A stretch of 64,000 nt of DNA from assembly GCF_004010195.1 (NCBI RefSeq), contig NC_057753.1:10354445-10418444 (forward strand), read 5' to 3'. Under the pieces are notes generated by a model. The model saw only the letters and a list, made by a program, of their open reading frames with translations, was not told the origin of the DNA and ran no database searches. Below, piece after piece: positions 23,371 to 36,745 of the stretch. Made by a program: the position numbers and the translations under genes. Positions within the stretch are counted from its first letter, which is position 1. Every line of letters begins with the position of its first letter. The stretch is from Chiloscyllium plagiosum (taxonomy: Eukaryota).

Positions 23371-24554
23371 GTGACAAACACATGGCAAATACAGTACCAC
23401 AATGTGAAGTTATGGCTTTTGCTGTGAAAAAAAGTAGAAAGGAGGTGTATTGTTTAAATGGTGATATATTGGGATGTGGAAAAAGTGAGGACTGGACATC
23501 AGAATCAAAACGTGTGGTGCTGGAAAAGCACAGCAGGTCAAACAGCATCCGAGGAGCAGGAGAGTCAACATTTCTGGCATGGGCCCTTCTTCAGGAATAG
23601 TGTGTGGATGTACAAAGGGACCTCAGCTTCCTTCTACACCAGTCACTGCCAGTTGTCAGACAGGTGCAGCTAGCAATCAGCAAGGCAAGTGGTATATTAA
23701 CAAGAGGAATTGACGTCTGAAGTGCAGATGTCTTCCTGCAGTTGAATATATTCTGCAGTTGTCATTGAATATATTCAAGGCTGAGTTCATTGGGTTTTTG
23801 ACCAACAAAGAAGTAGATGGTTATGGGGGAAAGGCAAGAACATGGTTTTAAGACCAGTATAGAACAGAACAGTTAGTGTCAGACAGCACAGAAACAGACC
23901 CTGCAGTCCAACTGGTACAAGTTGACTGTGTTCTCAAACTAAACCAGTCCCACCTGCCTGTGTTTGGCTCATATTCCTCTGAACCTTTCCTATTCATGTA
24001 CTTATCCAAATGTCTTTTAAATGTTACTGTCCCTGCATCCACCACTTCCTCTAGATATTTATTCCACACGTGAACCACTCTCTGTATAAAAAAAGTAACC
24101 TTCAAGTCTTTTTTTAAAAATCGTTCTCCACTCATGATCAAAATTGGCTCCCTAATCTTGAAATCCCCACCCTAGGGGAAAGACACCCGCCGTTCACCTC
24201 ATCTCTCCCCTCATGATTTTATAAACCTTAGTAAGGTCACCTCTCAACCTCCTATGCTCCAGTGAAAAAGTCCCAAGTTGTCCACCTAGATATCCAGTCA
24301 TGATCTGTTCAGTGCTGTTCCCAATTCTCTCCTCCTGTGTCCAGGACAGCATCAGACATAGGAGCAGAAATTTGGCCATTCAGCCCACCCGGTCTGCTCA
24401 TACCATTCAGTCATGACTGATCAATTTCACAACCCTATTCTTGCAGTTTCAGCAAAGTAAAGACGGAGGGAGAGAGTGTGGGCAATGGAGATTTTCAGCT
24501 TCTAGGGAATAACAGAGAAAAGAAAGTTTGCTATAAATTAGAACTGATTGGATC

Positions 24555-25442
24555 GGCTGATGAGCCGAGGAGTAGCAGATGGAGTTTAATTTGGAGAAAT
24601 CCGAGGTTTGCGTTTTAGTCAAGCAATCCAGGCAGGACTGACACAGTTAAGGGAAGTAGGTAAAAACAATGACTGCAGATGCTGGAAGAGCACAGCAGTT
24701 CAGGCAGCATCCGAGGAGCAGTAAAATCGACGTTTTAGGCAAAAGCCCTTTATCAGGAATACAGTTAAGGGATGTGTTGCAGAACCAGAAGACCTTGGAG
24801 TGCAGGTTCATAGTTCCTTGAAATTGGAGTCTCGGGTTAACAGAATAGTGAAGGTGGCGTTTGGTATGCTTTCCTTCGTTGGTCAGAACATCGGGTATAG
24901 GAGTTGGGATGTCATATTATGACTGTCCGTTGGTTGGGCCACTTCTGGTCTCCTTGGTTTAGGAAAAAGCTTGTGAAATTTTGAAGGGGGTTGGAAAAAA
25001 TTGACAAAGCTGTTGCCAGAGTTGGAGGGTTTGAACTACAGGGAGAGGCTGAATAGACCAGGGATATTTTCCCTAAAGCATCAGAGGTTGAGGGGTAATC
25101 TTATAGGCTTTAATAAGGGGTGTGGATAGGGTGAATATCCAAGGTCTTTTGCCTCGTGTAGGGGAGTCCAGTACTAGAGGGCATATGTTTGTGGTAAGAG
25201 GGGAATGATATAAAAGAGACCTGAGGGAAAACTTTATCACAGACAGGGTGGTGCATGTATGGATTGAGCTGCCAGAGGAAGTGGTGGAGGCTGGTACAAT
25301 TACAACATTTTAAAACGCATCTGAATGGGGATATGAATGAGAAGGATTTAGAGGGGTATGGGCCAAATGATGGCGAATGGGACTTGATTAATTTCTGATA
25401 TCTGTCCGGTCTGGCCGGGTTGGGCCAAAGGGTATGACTCTA
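24555..25442 (+). mobile_element. CR1 LINE fragment with a nested Penelope-derived repeat (~24655-24762)
   Basis: gcagatggagtttaat...gagctgccagaggaagtggtggaggctgg. Confidence 0.8.
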
Positions 25443-26364
25443 ATCTTCTTCGGTGAAAGCAGAGGTGTGGTTGTAAAGAGTGGACTTTCAGAGTAGCTTT
25501 TAAGGGTGTTTTTTTCAGGCCCTTCGGCCCAACAAGTCCACACCGACCCGCCAAAGCATAACCCACCCAGAGACCCTTCCGTCCAACTTGTCCATGCTGA
25601 CCAGGATACCTAAACTAAACTAGTCCCACTTGCATGCGTTTGGCCCATATACCTCAACTTTCTAAGCATGTACCCATCCAAATGTTGTTTAAACATTGTA
25701 ACTGTACCTGCATCTTCTACCACCTCAGGAGGTCCATTCCAAACACAAACCACCCTCTGTGTCAAAACAGTGTTGTGCGGGTTCAGTTGAATTCGCCAAG
25801 CTAAATTACCCATTGCGTCCAGGGGTGTGCAGGTTGGGGGGGACTGACCATGCTAAATTACCCATAGCGCCCAGGGGTGTACAGGTTAGGTGTATCATTC
25901 AGGGGTGAATGTAGATCAATAGGGGAATGGGTGTACTCTTCGGAGGGTTTGCATGGACTCGCTAATGGTAGGGCCCTGGGTCCTGATGTAGAACAGAGAC
26001 ATGAGGGGATTTAGGGATATAGTTCTTTCAAAGTTGCATCACTGGTAGACTGGTGGTTTAAGAAGGCTTTTAGCACCATTGCCTTAATTGTTCACACCGT
26101 TGAGTATAGGAGTTGGGACATCATGTTGAAGTTGTACAGGGTGTTGGTGAGGCCACTTTCAGAGTACTGATTACACTTCTGGTGGCCCTGTAATAGGAAG
26201 ATTGCTGACAATGTGGAAGTAGGCCATTCGACCTATCGAGCCCACACTGGCCCTCCGAAGAGCATCCCACCCTCTTACCCTGTATTTCCAGTGGTTATTC
26301 CACCCTAACCTGCACATCCCTACGGATTATTGATAATTTAGCATGGTTAATCCCCCTAACCTGT

Positions 26365-26700
26365 ACAAAGTTTAAAAATCACACAACACCAGGTTTGAGT
26401 CCAACAGGTTTGTTCAGAAGCAGTAGCTTTCGGAGCGCTGCTCCTTCATCAGGTGGTTGTGGAGAATAAGGCCATGATCACACAATTTATAGCCAAACAA
26501 ATCCAGTGTCATGGAGATCTGATACATTAAACCATTTAGAGAGAAATCTTTCATATTTTGAAATGGGTTTCTGTTCTTTGGTATGTTAATCCCAGAACCT
26601 GTTTTTAAGTAACTTTCTCAAGAATGTAATTTAAATGCAGAGCTTTTCTAACAAAAATGTCAGACTGACTCGACATTGGGACCCAGACAGAATTCACACC
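26365..26700 (-). mobile_element. Penelope-derived terminal repeat with a hammerhead core
   Basis: Minus strand CAC-CTGATGA-AGGAGCAGCGCTCC-GAAA-GC-TA at 26455-26421. Confidence 0.75.
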
Positions 26701-26759
26701 TGTTGATGGATAGGCTGAGACTTTTTTCACTGGGGTATTGGAAGTTGAGAGGTGAAGGT

Positions 26760-27945
26760 GTAGAGTGTGTCCTTAGCAAGTTTGCAGATGACACTCAGAT
26801 TGGTGGAGTAGCAGATTATAGATTGGAGAGTTGGGAAGAGAAATGGCAGATGGAGTTCAATCCAGACAAATGCGAGTGATGCATTTGTGAAGATGCAATT
26901 CAAGAGTGAACTATACTGTAAATGGAAAAGTCCTGGTGAAAATTGATGTACAGAGAGATCAGGGTGTCTATTGTTCTCTGAAGGTGGCATCGCATGTCAG
27001 AGTGGTCAAGGTGGCATACAGCATACTTTCCATCATCTGACAGAGTACAAGAGTTGGCAGGTCATGTTAAAGTTATTTAAGATTTTGTTCAGCCGTATTT
27101 GGAATACTGCGTACAATTCCGGTCTCCAGATTTCCAGAAGGATGTGAATACTTTGGAGAGGGTGCAGAGGAGGTTCACCAGGATGTTGCCTGATATGGAG
27201 AGCGCGTGCTATGAGGAGAGGTTGAGGAGATTAGGATTATTTTCATTGGAAATGAGGTTGAGGGGGATGAATGAGGCCTACAAAACCATGAGAGGTGTAG
27301 ACAGGGGTGAATAGGAAGAATTTTTTTTCCCAGAGGAGAAGACTTAATTCCTAAGGGTCATGAGTTCAAAGTGAGAGGGGAAAGGTTTGAGGGCGATATA
27401 CATGGAAAGTTCTTTATGCAGAGGGTGGTGGGTGCCTCAAATGCATCTCCAGCGGAGGTGGTAGGGGCAGGAATGATAGCGTCATTTAAGATGTATCTAT
27501 ACAGAATGGGCAGGGAGCAAAGGGATACAGATCCTTAGAAAATAGCCGGCAAGTTTAGATGGAGGATCTGGATCAGCATAGCCTTGGAGGGCTGAAGGGC
27601 CTGTTCCTGTGCTGTAAGGGTCTTTGTTCTCTTTACAGCGATTTACAAAACCATGAGAGGCATAGATAAGAGAGCAAATTAAGGTGAGAGGAGAAAGATT
27701 TTAAAAAGACATGAGCACCTTTTTGTTTAAAGAGAGTGGTTTGCGTGTGGAATGAATGCCCATAGGAAATGGTGGATGCATGTACAGTAACAATGTTTAA
27801 AAGGCATTTGGATGAGTACATAAATAGAATAAGTTCTGAGGTATATGGGCCAAACACTGGCAGGTGGGGCTAGTTTAGTTTGTGAATATAGTCAACATGG
27901 ACTAGTTGGACTGAAGGGTCTGTTTCTGTGCTGTCTGACTCTGTA
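26760..27945 (+). mobile_element. CR1 LINE fragments
   Basis: SKFADDTQIGGV; WQMEFNPDKCE; EYCVQFRSP..LERVQRRFTRMLP. Confidence 0.88.
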
Positions 27946-28419
27946 ACGTCTGTACTGGTCTTAAAATTATTTTCTTGCTTTCCCCCATAAACATCCATTT
28001 TGTTGTTCAAAAATCAGATGAACTCAGCCTTGAATATATTCAATGACCCCCTAACTGCAGGAAGACATCCCCATTTCTGAACTCAATACCTCTTGCTAAT
28101 ATACCACTTGCCTTGCTGATTGCTTGCTGCATCTGTCTGACAACTGGCAGTGACTGGTGTAGAAGGACGCTGAGGCCCCTTTGTACGTCCATGCATCATT
28201 CCTGATGAAGGGGTCGTGCCCAAAACGTCGACTCTCCTGCTTCTCAGATGCTACCTGACCTCCTGTGCTTCTTTAATGCCACACTTTTCGACTCTGATCT
28301 TCAGCATCTGCAGTCCATACTTTCTCCACATCCCATTTAAACAATTCACCTCCTTTTGATAGTTTATTTTAACACAACAAAGGCCATAACTTCACATTGT
28401 GGTATTGCATTTGCCATTT

Positions 28420-28614
28420 GTTTGCCAATTGAGACACAGATGTGGACCAACGTTTCCCGACTCTGTCCCCTCCCTGGATTCACATGCTTTCTTTTCAGTT
28501 GCTGCAAGTCAACAATTGAAGCCCGAAATGGAAAAACGGGTGAGAAAAGAGAATGCCATACTCACGATGGTGGTTAGAGGAAGGAAGTTGCAGTCTGGGT
28601 TGAAGCTCGATCTT

Positions 28615-28652
<38 letters not shown>

Positions 28653-29290
28653 CAGCAGCTTCAAAAACTCATGGTCCACCTTCTGCAGTCTGACAGTAGG
28701 GGGGCTTTGATTGGCAGGAGGACCAGTCCCCTTGCAGTCCTCCCTGGCTTCCCATTGGTCCATTTGAAGAAGCTGGAAATGTGTTGCTGGAAAAGCGCAG
28801 CAGGTCAGGCAGCATCCAGGGAACAGGAGAATCGACGTTTCGGCCATAAGCCTGCTGCCTGACTTGCTGCGCTTTTCCAGCAACACATTTCCAGCTCTGA
28901 TCTCCAGCATCTGCAGACCTCACTTTCTCCTCCATTTGAAGAAGGATGAGGAGAAACTCTTCACCCAGAGAGTGGTGGCTGTGTGGAATGTGGAGGCCCA
29001 GTCTCTGGATTCATTTAAGAAAGAGTTGGATAGAGCTCTCAAGGATAGTGGAATCAAGGGTTATGGAGATAAGGCAGGAACTGGATACTGATTAAGGATG
29101 ATCAGCCTTGATCATATTGAATGGTGGTGCACGCTCGAAGGGCAGAATGGCCTACTCCTGCACCTATTGTCTATTGATTCGCGCCGTTTCTGCAGACAGC
29201 GAAGAGCATGTGACACCGGTGAACGTGCGCAGTAGGCACTATGGAGATGCTGCTCCTGACGGATATGAAGTGTCCAAATGCCACAATTCA
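28420..29290 (-). promoter_or_regulatory. ZNF promoter/exon-1 module, copy M5, split by Penelope-derived and CR1 insertions
   Basis: Donor GTGAGT at 28565-28560; CCAAT near 28714-28710; NRF1-like part at ~29176-29290; (GA)n expansion ~28620-28650. Confidence 0.58.
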
Positions 29291-29799
29291 CCCCCCCCCC
29301 CCCCACCTTTCGCTTGACATAACTGTGAATGCTCCTCACTATTTTTGATGTTCACCTTACCTATACCCCTCATGATTTTATAAATCTCAATGAGGTCACC
29401 CCTCAACCTCCTGTGCTCCAGAGTCCCAGCCTCTGCTTATAACTCAAACCCTCCAGTCCTGGCAACATCCTGGTAAATCTTTACTGAACCCCCTCCAATA
29501 GAATTCTTCCTGTTATAGGACCACCAGAATCGTTCTCCGTATTCTAAAAGTGGCCTCACCAACATCCTGTACAACCTCAACATGATGTCCCAACTCCTTT
29601 ACTCAACAGTGTGAACAATTAAGGTAAGTGTGCTGAATGCCTCCTTAACCAACCTCACAACCAATGATGCAACTTTCAATGAACTATGTACCTGAACCAA
29701 CTCCCACACCATATCTCTCTGTTCTACAATATAACCCATTAACTGTACCAGTCCTGCCCTTCCTTATTTTAGCAAAATGCAACTCCTTGCTTTTATCTA

Positions 29800-30470
29800 C
29801 TGTATACCTCTCTTATACACCCGCGCTCTCTCTCAGACACACACACACACACCCCCAGCACACTACCCTCTCACAGGCTTACATTCCATCACACACTCTC
29901 TTTACCAAGCATGTGCGCGCGCGCACACACTCTCTCTCATGCAAGCACACATACATATAATGATGGGGTGTATTTGCAGATGTATTCAATGTGCACTTTT
30001 TTGTGCAAAAATATGCAGGCAGTCAATCCATGTACTGTTTTATAAATTCCTATTTTGGAAATAGAACCAGTGAGATTTAAGGTTGGGATACTGACAGATT
30101 CGAACCTCACACCTTTCACGCATTGTCTGAGCTGAGATGTCACCTGTTTTTAAAAAAAACCTTAAGCCATCTCGAGAATTTGACTTAATAGTCGTTTTGG
30201 GATTTACACATTAATGAACTAAAACCTGCAACCTGTTCTAAAAGATGAAAGACTTAACTTAATCTAGGTTTGTTCAATATATCCTCTCAGTTGCATCCTC
30301 TCAGTGATCTTTTGCTATAAATTCTGTTGTCTTATGATCCTGCTCCACAGCTACCCAATGAAGGGGCAGCGCTCCGAAAGCTAGTGCTTCCAGGTAAGCC
30401 TGTTGGTCTATAACCTGGTGTGTGATTTTTAACTTTGACCAACCTTGTCCAACACCGGCACCTCCACATT
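29800..30470 (+). mobile_element. Penelope-like element 3' terminal region with CA-rich repeats and a decayed hammerhead
   Basis: Homologous to 32575-33075 (-) and 49320-49820 (+); ..aatgaaggggcagcgctccgaaagctagtg. Confidence 0.75.
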
Positions 30471-31183
30471 GTTTCTAGTGAAGACAGCACACACCTCCCA
30501 GTGCTGCCAGTAAACTTTATAATGCTGATGAAACTATGCAGTACCTACACTCCTGAAAAGTTTACAATTTCTAGCGAAACTAGCTACTCATTCACTTCTC
30601 AATCTGATACATGATTTTGGAAACTTAGTGCAGGAGGTTTAAAGAAATAAGCAACTTTAAAACAAAAACCTCTTGGAGCTCAAAGCTTTCAATGAGAGTC
30701 TGAGGCGAACCGTAAGTTCAGGTAACCTTTATTGTGACCCAACTTTGTTACAGCTTCAGATTCCACCCCCCCCCCAGCAAAATGGCATAGAAAAAGTAGC
30801 TGATTTTTTTTTCTTTAAAACAACTCAAGGTCAAAGCGCCGACACTCCAGCCCCCTCCACTCACCACCTGGGAGGCAGTGTAGAGTCAACCACATGCTAT
30901 GTGTCTGGAGTCACGTGCAGGCCATACCAGGTTAAGGCTGGGACGACTGAATGAATCCTTTCCCACAACAGCAGTTTCCTTCACTAAAAAGGGCATGACT
31001 AAATCAGATGGGGGTTTTCTCCCACCACACCACCCCCCGAAAATGGTTTCATCGTTAGATTCGGAACTCCAGATGGCTGACCAAATTCCAATTCCGCCAT
31101 CTACCATGGTGGGATTCAAACCCGGGAGTCCCTGGAACTGGTTTGATAGTCCAGTTGATTATTGGCACTCTGCCGTCCCTCCT

Positions 31184-31560
<377 letters not shown>

Positions 31561-32199
31561 GGCTGAAGCTTCAGTCACATACAAACACATGTAGAGCCCC
31601 TCTCCGCCGTGAATTCCTCTTTCCAGGCCGTATCACTGTTTCAGGCTCCACACTCGATGCACTGCAACAGTAAGGTCCCACTGATGCTGAAAATATACTC
31701 AAACAGGAGCCAAAAAGCTTTGCTTCTTCTCACAGAATCATAGACTAAAATCCTTGCTGTCCCAGTGGTTTGAGTTGCTCTCAGACATTGATTCAAAGTG
31801 AGGACTGCAGACACTGGAGAGTCAGAGTCAAAAAGTGCAGTGCTGGAAATGCACAGCAGGTCAGGCAGCATCTGAGGAGCAGGCGAGTCAATGTTTCGGG
31901 CCTCAACATCTCTTGATTTTGAAACTTCTGTCTTCAGATCTTCAAATACTCTGTAAAAAGAGACTATAAAAGTCATCACTGTCCGTCCAGGGTAGAAAAG
32001 AAAATGTAAAGTAAAAACATAAAACTTCACCTCCTTCCCAATCTCTATCCTTCTATCCCTCCTCACCCAGGTAATTAAGACACATACCTGAGTTTGCAGA
32101 GTCTGCTCCCTCCCTGGATTCACTCTAGTTGCTTCAAGTAAACAGACTTCATCCCACCTTTCCCCTGCTCTCTCCATCCCAGGATGAAGAGTTGCCAAA

Positions 32200-32350
32200 A
32201 GGGAGCGAGCTTCACTCCGACATTGTTGACGTCACAATGGCCCTGTCAATGTCACGGGGCGGACGAGGGGGGAGGAACATGGGCAGGGCTCAGCCAACAG
32301 CAGGCACCAGCACTACGCCTGCTCCGGTCGGCTGGCCCGCACTATGCCTG
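32200..32350. promoter_or_regulatory. CpG-rich candidate promoter between the divergent ZNF paralogs
   Basis: Palindromic TGACGTCA 32227-32234 within cattgttgacgtcacaatg; GC box GGGGCGG near 32256. Confidence 0.5.
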
Positions 32351-35300
32351 TGCTGCCTTGCACAGTTTGCAATAATCTCTTCCCCTTCAGAGAATCCCCA
32401 CAGTATGGAAGCAGGCCACTCGGCGCAAAGACTCCACACCGACGCTCTGAACGGTAATCCACCCATGCCCATTCCCCTACACCTATTGCTCTACAATTAC
32501 CCCGACTAATACACCTAACCTGCACATCCATGGGCACTATGGGTAATTTCGTATGGTCAATCGCCCCTAACCTGGACAAAGTTAAAAATCTCACAACACC
32601 AGGTTAAAGTCCAACAGTGTATTTGGAAACAGTAGCATTCAGAGCACTGCCTCTTCATCAGGTGGTTGTGGAGAAGAAGGTCATAAGGCACAGAGTTTAT
32701 ATAAAAACATTACAATGTCCTGCCACTGAAATGACATATTGAACAAATCTGGGATTGTTAAGTCTTTCACTTTTTAGAATGGTTTGCAGCTTTCATTAAT
32801 ATGTAAATCCCAGAACTTCCTGGAAGGGACCTTTGAGAAAGCTTAAGGTTTTCATAACAAAAGGTGACATGTCAGTTCAGACAAAGCATTAAAGGTATAA
32901 GGTCAGAGTCTGTCTGTTTCCCAATCTTGAGTCAGACTGGTTCTATTATCAAAGTGGAATTTACAAAATATTATAAGTATTGACTGCCTGCAGATTGTGC
33001 ATGTTTTTGAGGAAAATAGAATGTATCTGCAAACGTCATGCTGCAAGTACAAATTCACCCCCATGGACTTGTATGTGTACAAGAGTTAGAGAAAAAGTCT
33101 ATTTCCGTATTGTATATCTCTGTTTGTTTATTTGATAACAGATGCTTTATTTCTGTTGGTGTAAATGTTGGGGTAAATTATAGGTGGGTACTAAGTAGTT
33201 AGATGTAAGGATGAGAGAATTCCTCAAGTAGGACACTATACGAATCCTGGGAGACCCCTATTTCTGGTTTACTTCCTAATGAACAAACATTGAGCATGAG
33301 CACCTATTTATTTCTAATTTGGTTTCATTTTTCTTCGATTCCCTGCTATAACTACATTCTCTGTCTGATCGGTTGACAGGCTGGGAGATTGTTGGTTGGG
33401 TTTTGATTAACTGAATGTTTTATTGTTCTGGAAGATGTAAAAGAGGGGTCAAAGTTTCAGCAGAAATCCAGCAGAGCTGAGAACAGACCGACATGTTATC
33501 TGTGGGAACAGGGAGATCAACAGAAGACAGAGAAATCAGGACCTGAAATCCAAGCTGACACCAGACTACCCTGTGATTAGTGCTTTGATTAGCAGTGCCA
33601 ACCCTTTACCCTTATCGAGTTTCCCATTTGACTATTCCCTTGATATTCAGGATCAAATCCTTGTCATGCTGAAGCCATGTCTCTCTAAGGAGTCTTCGAT
33701 CATAATTATTCTCTTCAATGTGTGCAGTCAATTCATTCACTTTTGTTACAATGCAGCACATATTCAGATACGCCATTTTTAGTTTCAATTGTTGTCATCT
33801 TTGGAATCCAGTTTTGATTGCTTGGACATTTACTCTCCTTGTCCCTTTCTATTGTTCTCTGAGCACTTTCCACGTCATGACATTGCTCACTGGCCTTGAT
33901 TTGGGTTAGCCATGCTAAATTGCCCATAGTGTCCAGGAATGTGCAGGTCAGGGTGGATAGGCAATGCTGAATTGTCCCATAGTGCCCAGGGATGTGCAGG
34001 TTAGGTGCATTAGGCAGGAGTAATTGTGGAGCAATAACTGTAGGGGAATGGGTGTGTTAACCTTCAGGGGGTCAGTGTAGACTTGTTGGGCCGAATGGCC
34101 TGCTTCCACACTGTGGGGATTTTCTGAAAGGAAGAGATTTCTGCAAACTGTGCAGAGTGAATCTCCCTCCCTCTGGGAAATTCTTCATCCTGGGTGGGAA
34201 GGGAGTGGGGAAGGAAATCTGTTTACTTGTAGCAACCAGAGTGAATCCAGGGAGGGAGCCGACTCCGCAAACTAAGATATGTAAAAACAAGGACTGCAGA
34301 TGCTGGAAACCAGAGTCTAGATTAGAGTGGTATTGGAAAAGCACAGCAGGTCAGGCAGCATCTGAGGAGCAGGAAAATCAATGTTTCGGGCAAAAGCCCT
34401 TCAAGATGTGTGTCTTAATTGCAGGGTGAGGAGGGACAGCAGGCTCGGGTGGGGCTGTTTTCTCTAACGCCAGAGACTGAGGGTGACCTTAGAGATTTTA
34501 AATCATGAAAAGAAAGGACCAGGTAAATAGACAAGGTATTTTCCCTGGGATGGGGGAGTCCAGAATTAGAGGGTAATAGGTTTAGGGTGAGAGTGGGGGT
34601 GTGGAGATTTGAGACCAAAGGAGTACCTTTTTCATGGAGAGGGTGGTGCGGGGTATGGAATGAGCTGCCAGAGGAAGTGGTGGTAGCTGGTACAATTATA
34701 GCATTTAAAAGGCATCTAGATGGGTGTATGAATAGGAAGGGATCAGAGGGGTAGGGGCCAATTGATGGCAAATGGGATGACAGTAATTTCGGATATCTGG
34801 ATGGAGTTGGGCTGAAGGGTATGTTTCCATGCTGTATGACTTTAATCGTATTTGGTGAAAGCAGAAGTGTGAAGACTGGACCTTCAGAGCAGCTTTCAAA
34901 GTGTTTTGCCCTGACTGGGAGTAGAAGAGTTTGACCAAAGTGTCTGTTTCTAGGCTGTACATCTCTGACTCTGGCCTTCCATTAATGTTTGCCACGTCTG
35001 TATGTTCAGTTTCTCTCTGGTGTCGGTGTTAATGCCTTGATGTCTCATTTTGGTCCCCCCTACTGGGGGACGTTAACCATTTTGTGTCTGGTTGTTCCTC
35101 AAGAAGCTGCACGACAGGTTCACCCTGAATTGACACAGTTTATTTTGCTTCCCAAAATCAGATTTGCTCACTCAGCAGTATCCCAATGTTGTGAAATATA
35201 TTAACTTTCATGTGGAATTATCCAAAATTCAAAGAGATGTCAGTCTTGACGTTTTTGCTTTTCTGCCCCTGTAAGATCCTGAATCAGCACCTTCAGGAGA

Positions 35301-35860
35301 ATTAGTTAGAGCAGAATGAGAAAAGAGAGGGGGAGAGAGAGTGGGATGGTGCATTCAGTTTTGTGGAATAACGAAAGAAAAGTATGTTCCACACAAAGTA
35401 GAAACTTGTTCTGAATTTCTCCCCTGGACTGACAGTGATGACTTTTGTAATCTCTTTTTCCAGAGTAATTGAAAATCTGAAGTCCAAAGTTTCAAAAACC
35501 ACAGATGAAGGGCTTCCGCCTGAAGCATCGACTCTCCTCTCCTGCTCCTCAGATGCTGTCTGACCTGTATTTTTCCAGCTCTACACTTTTCGACTCTGAC
35601 TCTCCAACGTCTGCAGTCCTCACTCTCACTGTCACTCGATCCATTGGGACCACAACAATTTTCGACTGTCCTTCTGTGAGAAGGAGCAAAGCTTTTTGGT
35701 TCCTGTTTGAGTACGTTTTCAGTATCAGTGGGATTAGATGAGAAACCCTACTGTTGCAGTTCACTGAGTGTGGAGTCTGAAACAGTTATACGGCCTGGAA
35801 AGAGGAATTCACTGCAGGGAGGGACTCTACACGTGTTTATTTGTTGCTGAAACCTCGGCC

Positions 35861-36745
35861 ATGGAGAAACCCGAGGAATCCCGCGCCGTGGAGAAACCGT
35901 GGAAGTGTGGTGACTGTGGGAAAGGCTTCCGTGCCCCGTCTGATCTGGAGACTCATCGGCGGAGTCACACCGGGGAGAGGCCATTCTCCTGCACTGAGTG
36001 TGGGAAGGCCTTCAGCGATTCCTCCACCCTGCTGAGGCACAGGCGGGTCCACACAGGGGAAAGGCCGTTCAGCTGCCCCGAGTGCAGGAAGGCCTTCAGC
36101 AATTCCACTGACCTGTTGACCCACCAGCGGGTCCATACGGGGGAGAGGCCATACAGCTGCCCTGAGTGCAAGAAGACCTTCAGCAATTCTTCCACCCTGC
36201 TGACTCATCGGCGGGTCCACTCTGGCGAACGGCCCTTCATCTGCCCTGAGTGCGGAAAGGGCTTTACTCAGGCCTCTGCCCTGCTGACCCACCAGCGGCT
36301 CCACACAGGGGAGAAACCGTTAACCTGCCCTGAGTGCGGGAAGGCCTTCAGCAATTCCTCCGACAGGCTGAAGCACCAGCGGGTCCACACGGGGGAGAGG
36401 CCCTTCAGCTGCCCCGAGTGCAGGAAGGCATTCAGCAATTCCTCCAATCTCCAGACCCACCAGCGGGTCCACACAGGGGAGAGGCCCTTCATCTGCCCCG
36501 AGTGTGGGAAGGGCTTTACGCAGGCCTCCAGCCTCCAGATCCACTGGCGGGTCCACGTAGGGGAGAGGCCCTTCAGCTGTCCAGAGTGCGGGAAAGCCTT
36601 CAGCCATTCCTCCAACCTGCTGGCCCACCAGCGAGTCCACACTGGGGAGAGGCCGTTCATCTGCTCTCAATGCGGGAAGGGCTTCACTCGCTCCTCCCAC
36701 CTGCAGAGGCACCAGCGAGTTCATGCCCCAACGCAGGGGGATTGA
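35861..36745 (+). CDS. Tandem C2H2 zinc-finger protein, 10 fingers, 294 aa, no KRAB/SCAN/BTB domain visible
   Basis: gccATGG Kozak at 35861; ten CxxC..HxxxH fingers with TGERP-type linkers; acceptor tttttccag ending 35463; AATAAA 37370-37375. Confidence 0.92.
   Translation: MEKPEESRAVEKPWKCGDCGKGFRAPSDLETHRRSHTGERPFSCTECGKAFSDSSTLLRHRRVHTGERPFSCPECRKAFSNSTDLLTHQRVHTGERPYSCPECKKTFSNSSTLLTHRRVHSGERPFICPECGKGFTQASALLTHQRLHTGEKPLTCPECGKAFSNSSDRLKHQRVHTGERPFSCPECRKAFSNSSNLQTHQRVHTGERPFICPECGKGFTQASSLQIHWRVHVGERPFSCPECGKAFSHSSNLLAHQRVHTGERPFICSQCGKGFTRSSHLQRHQRVHAPTQGD

Noticed and set aside
35768..35860. ORF-track N-terminal extension of the ZNF (also 51488-51553)
   Set aside because: Begins at a non-ATG codon; the first ATG in strong Kozak context is MEKP. 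The extension looks like a decayed finger/linker
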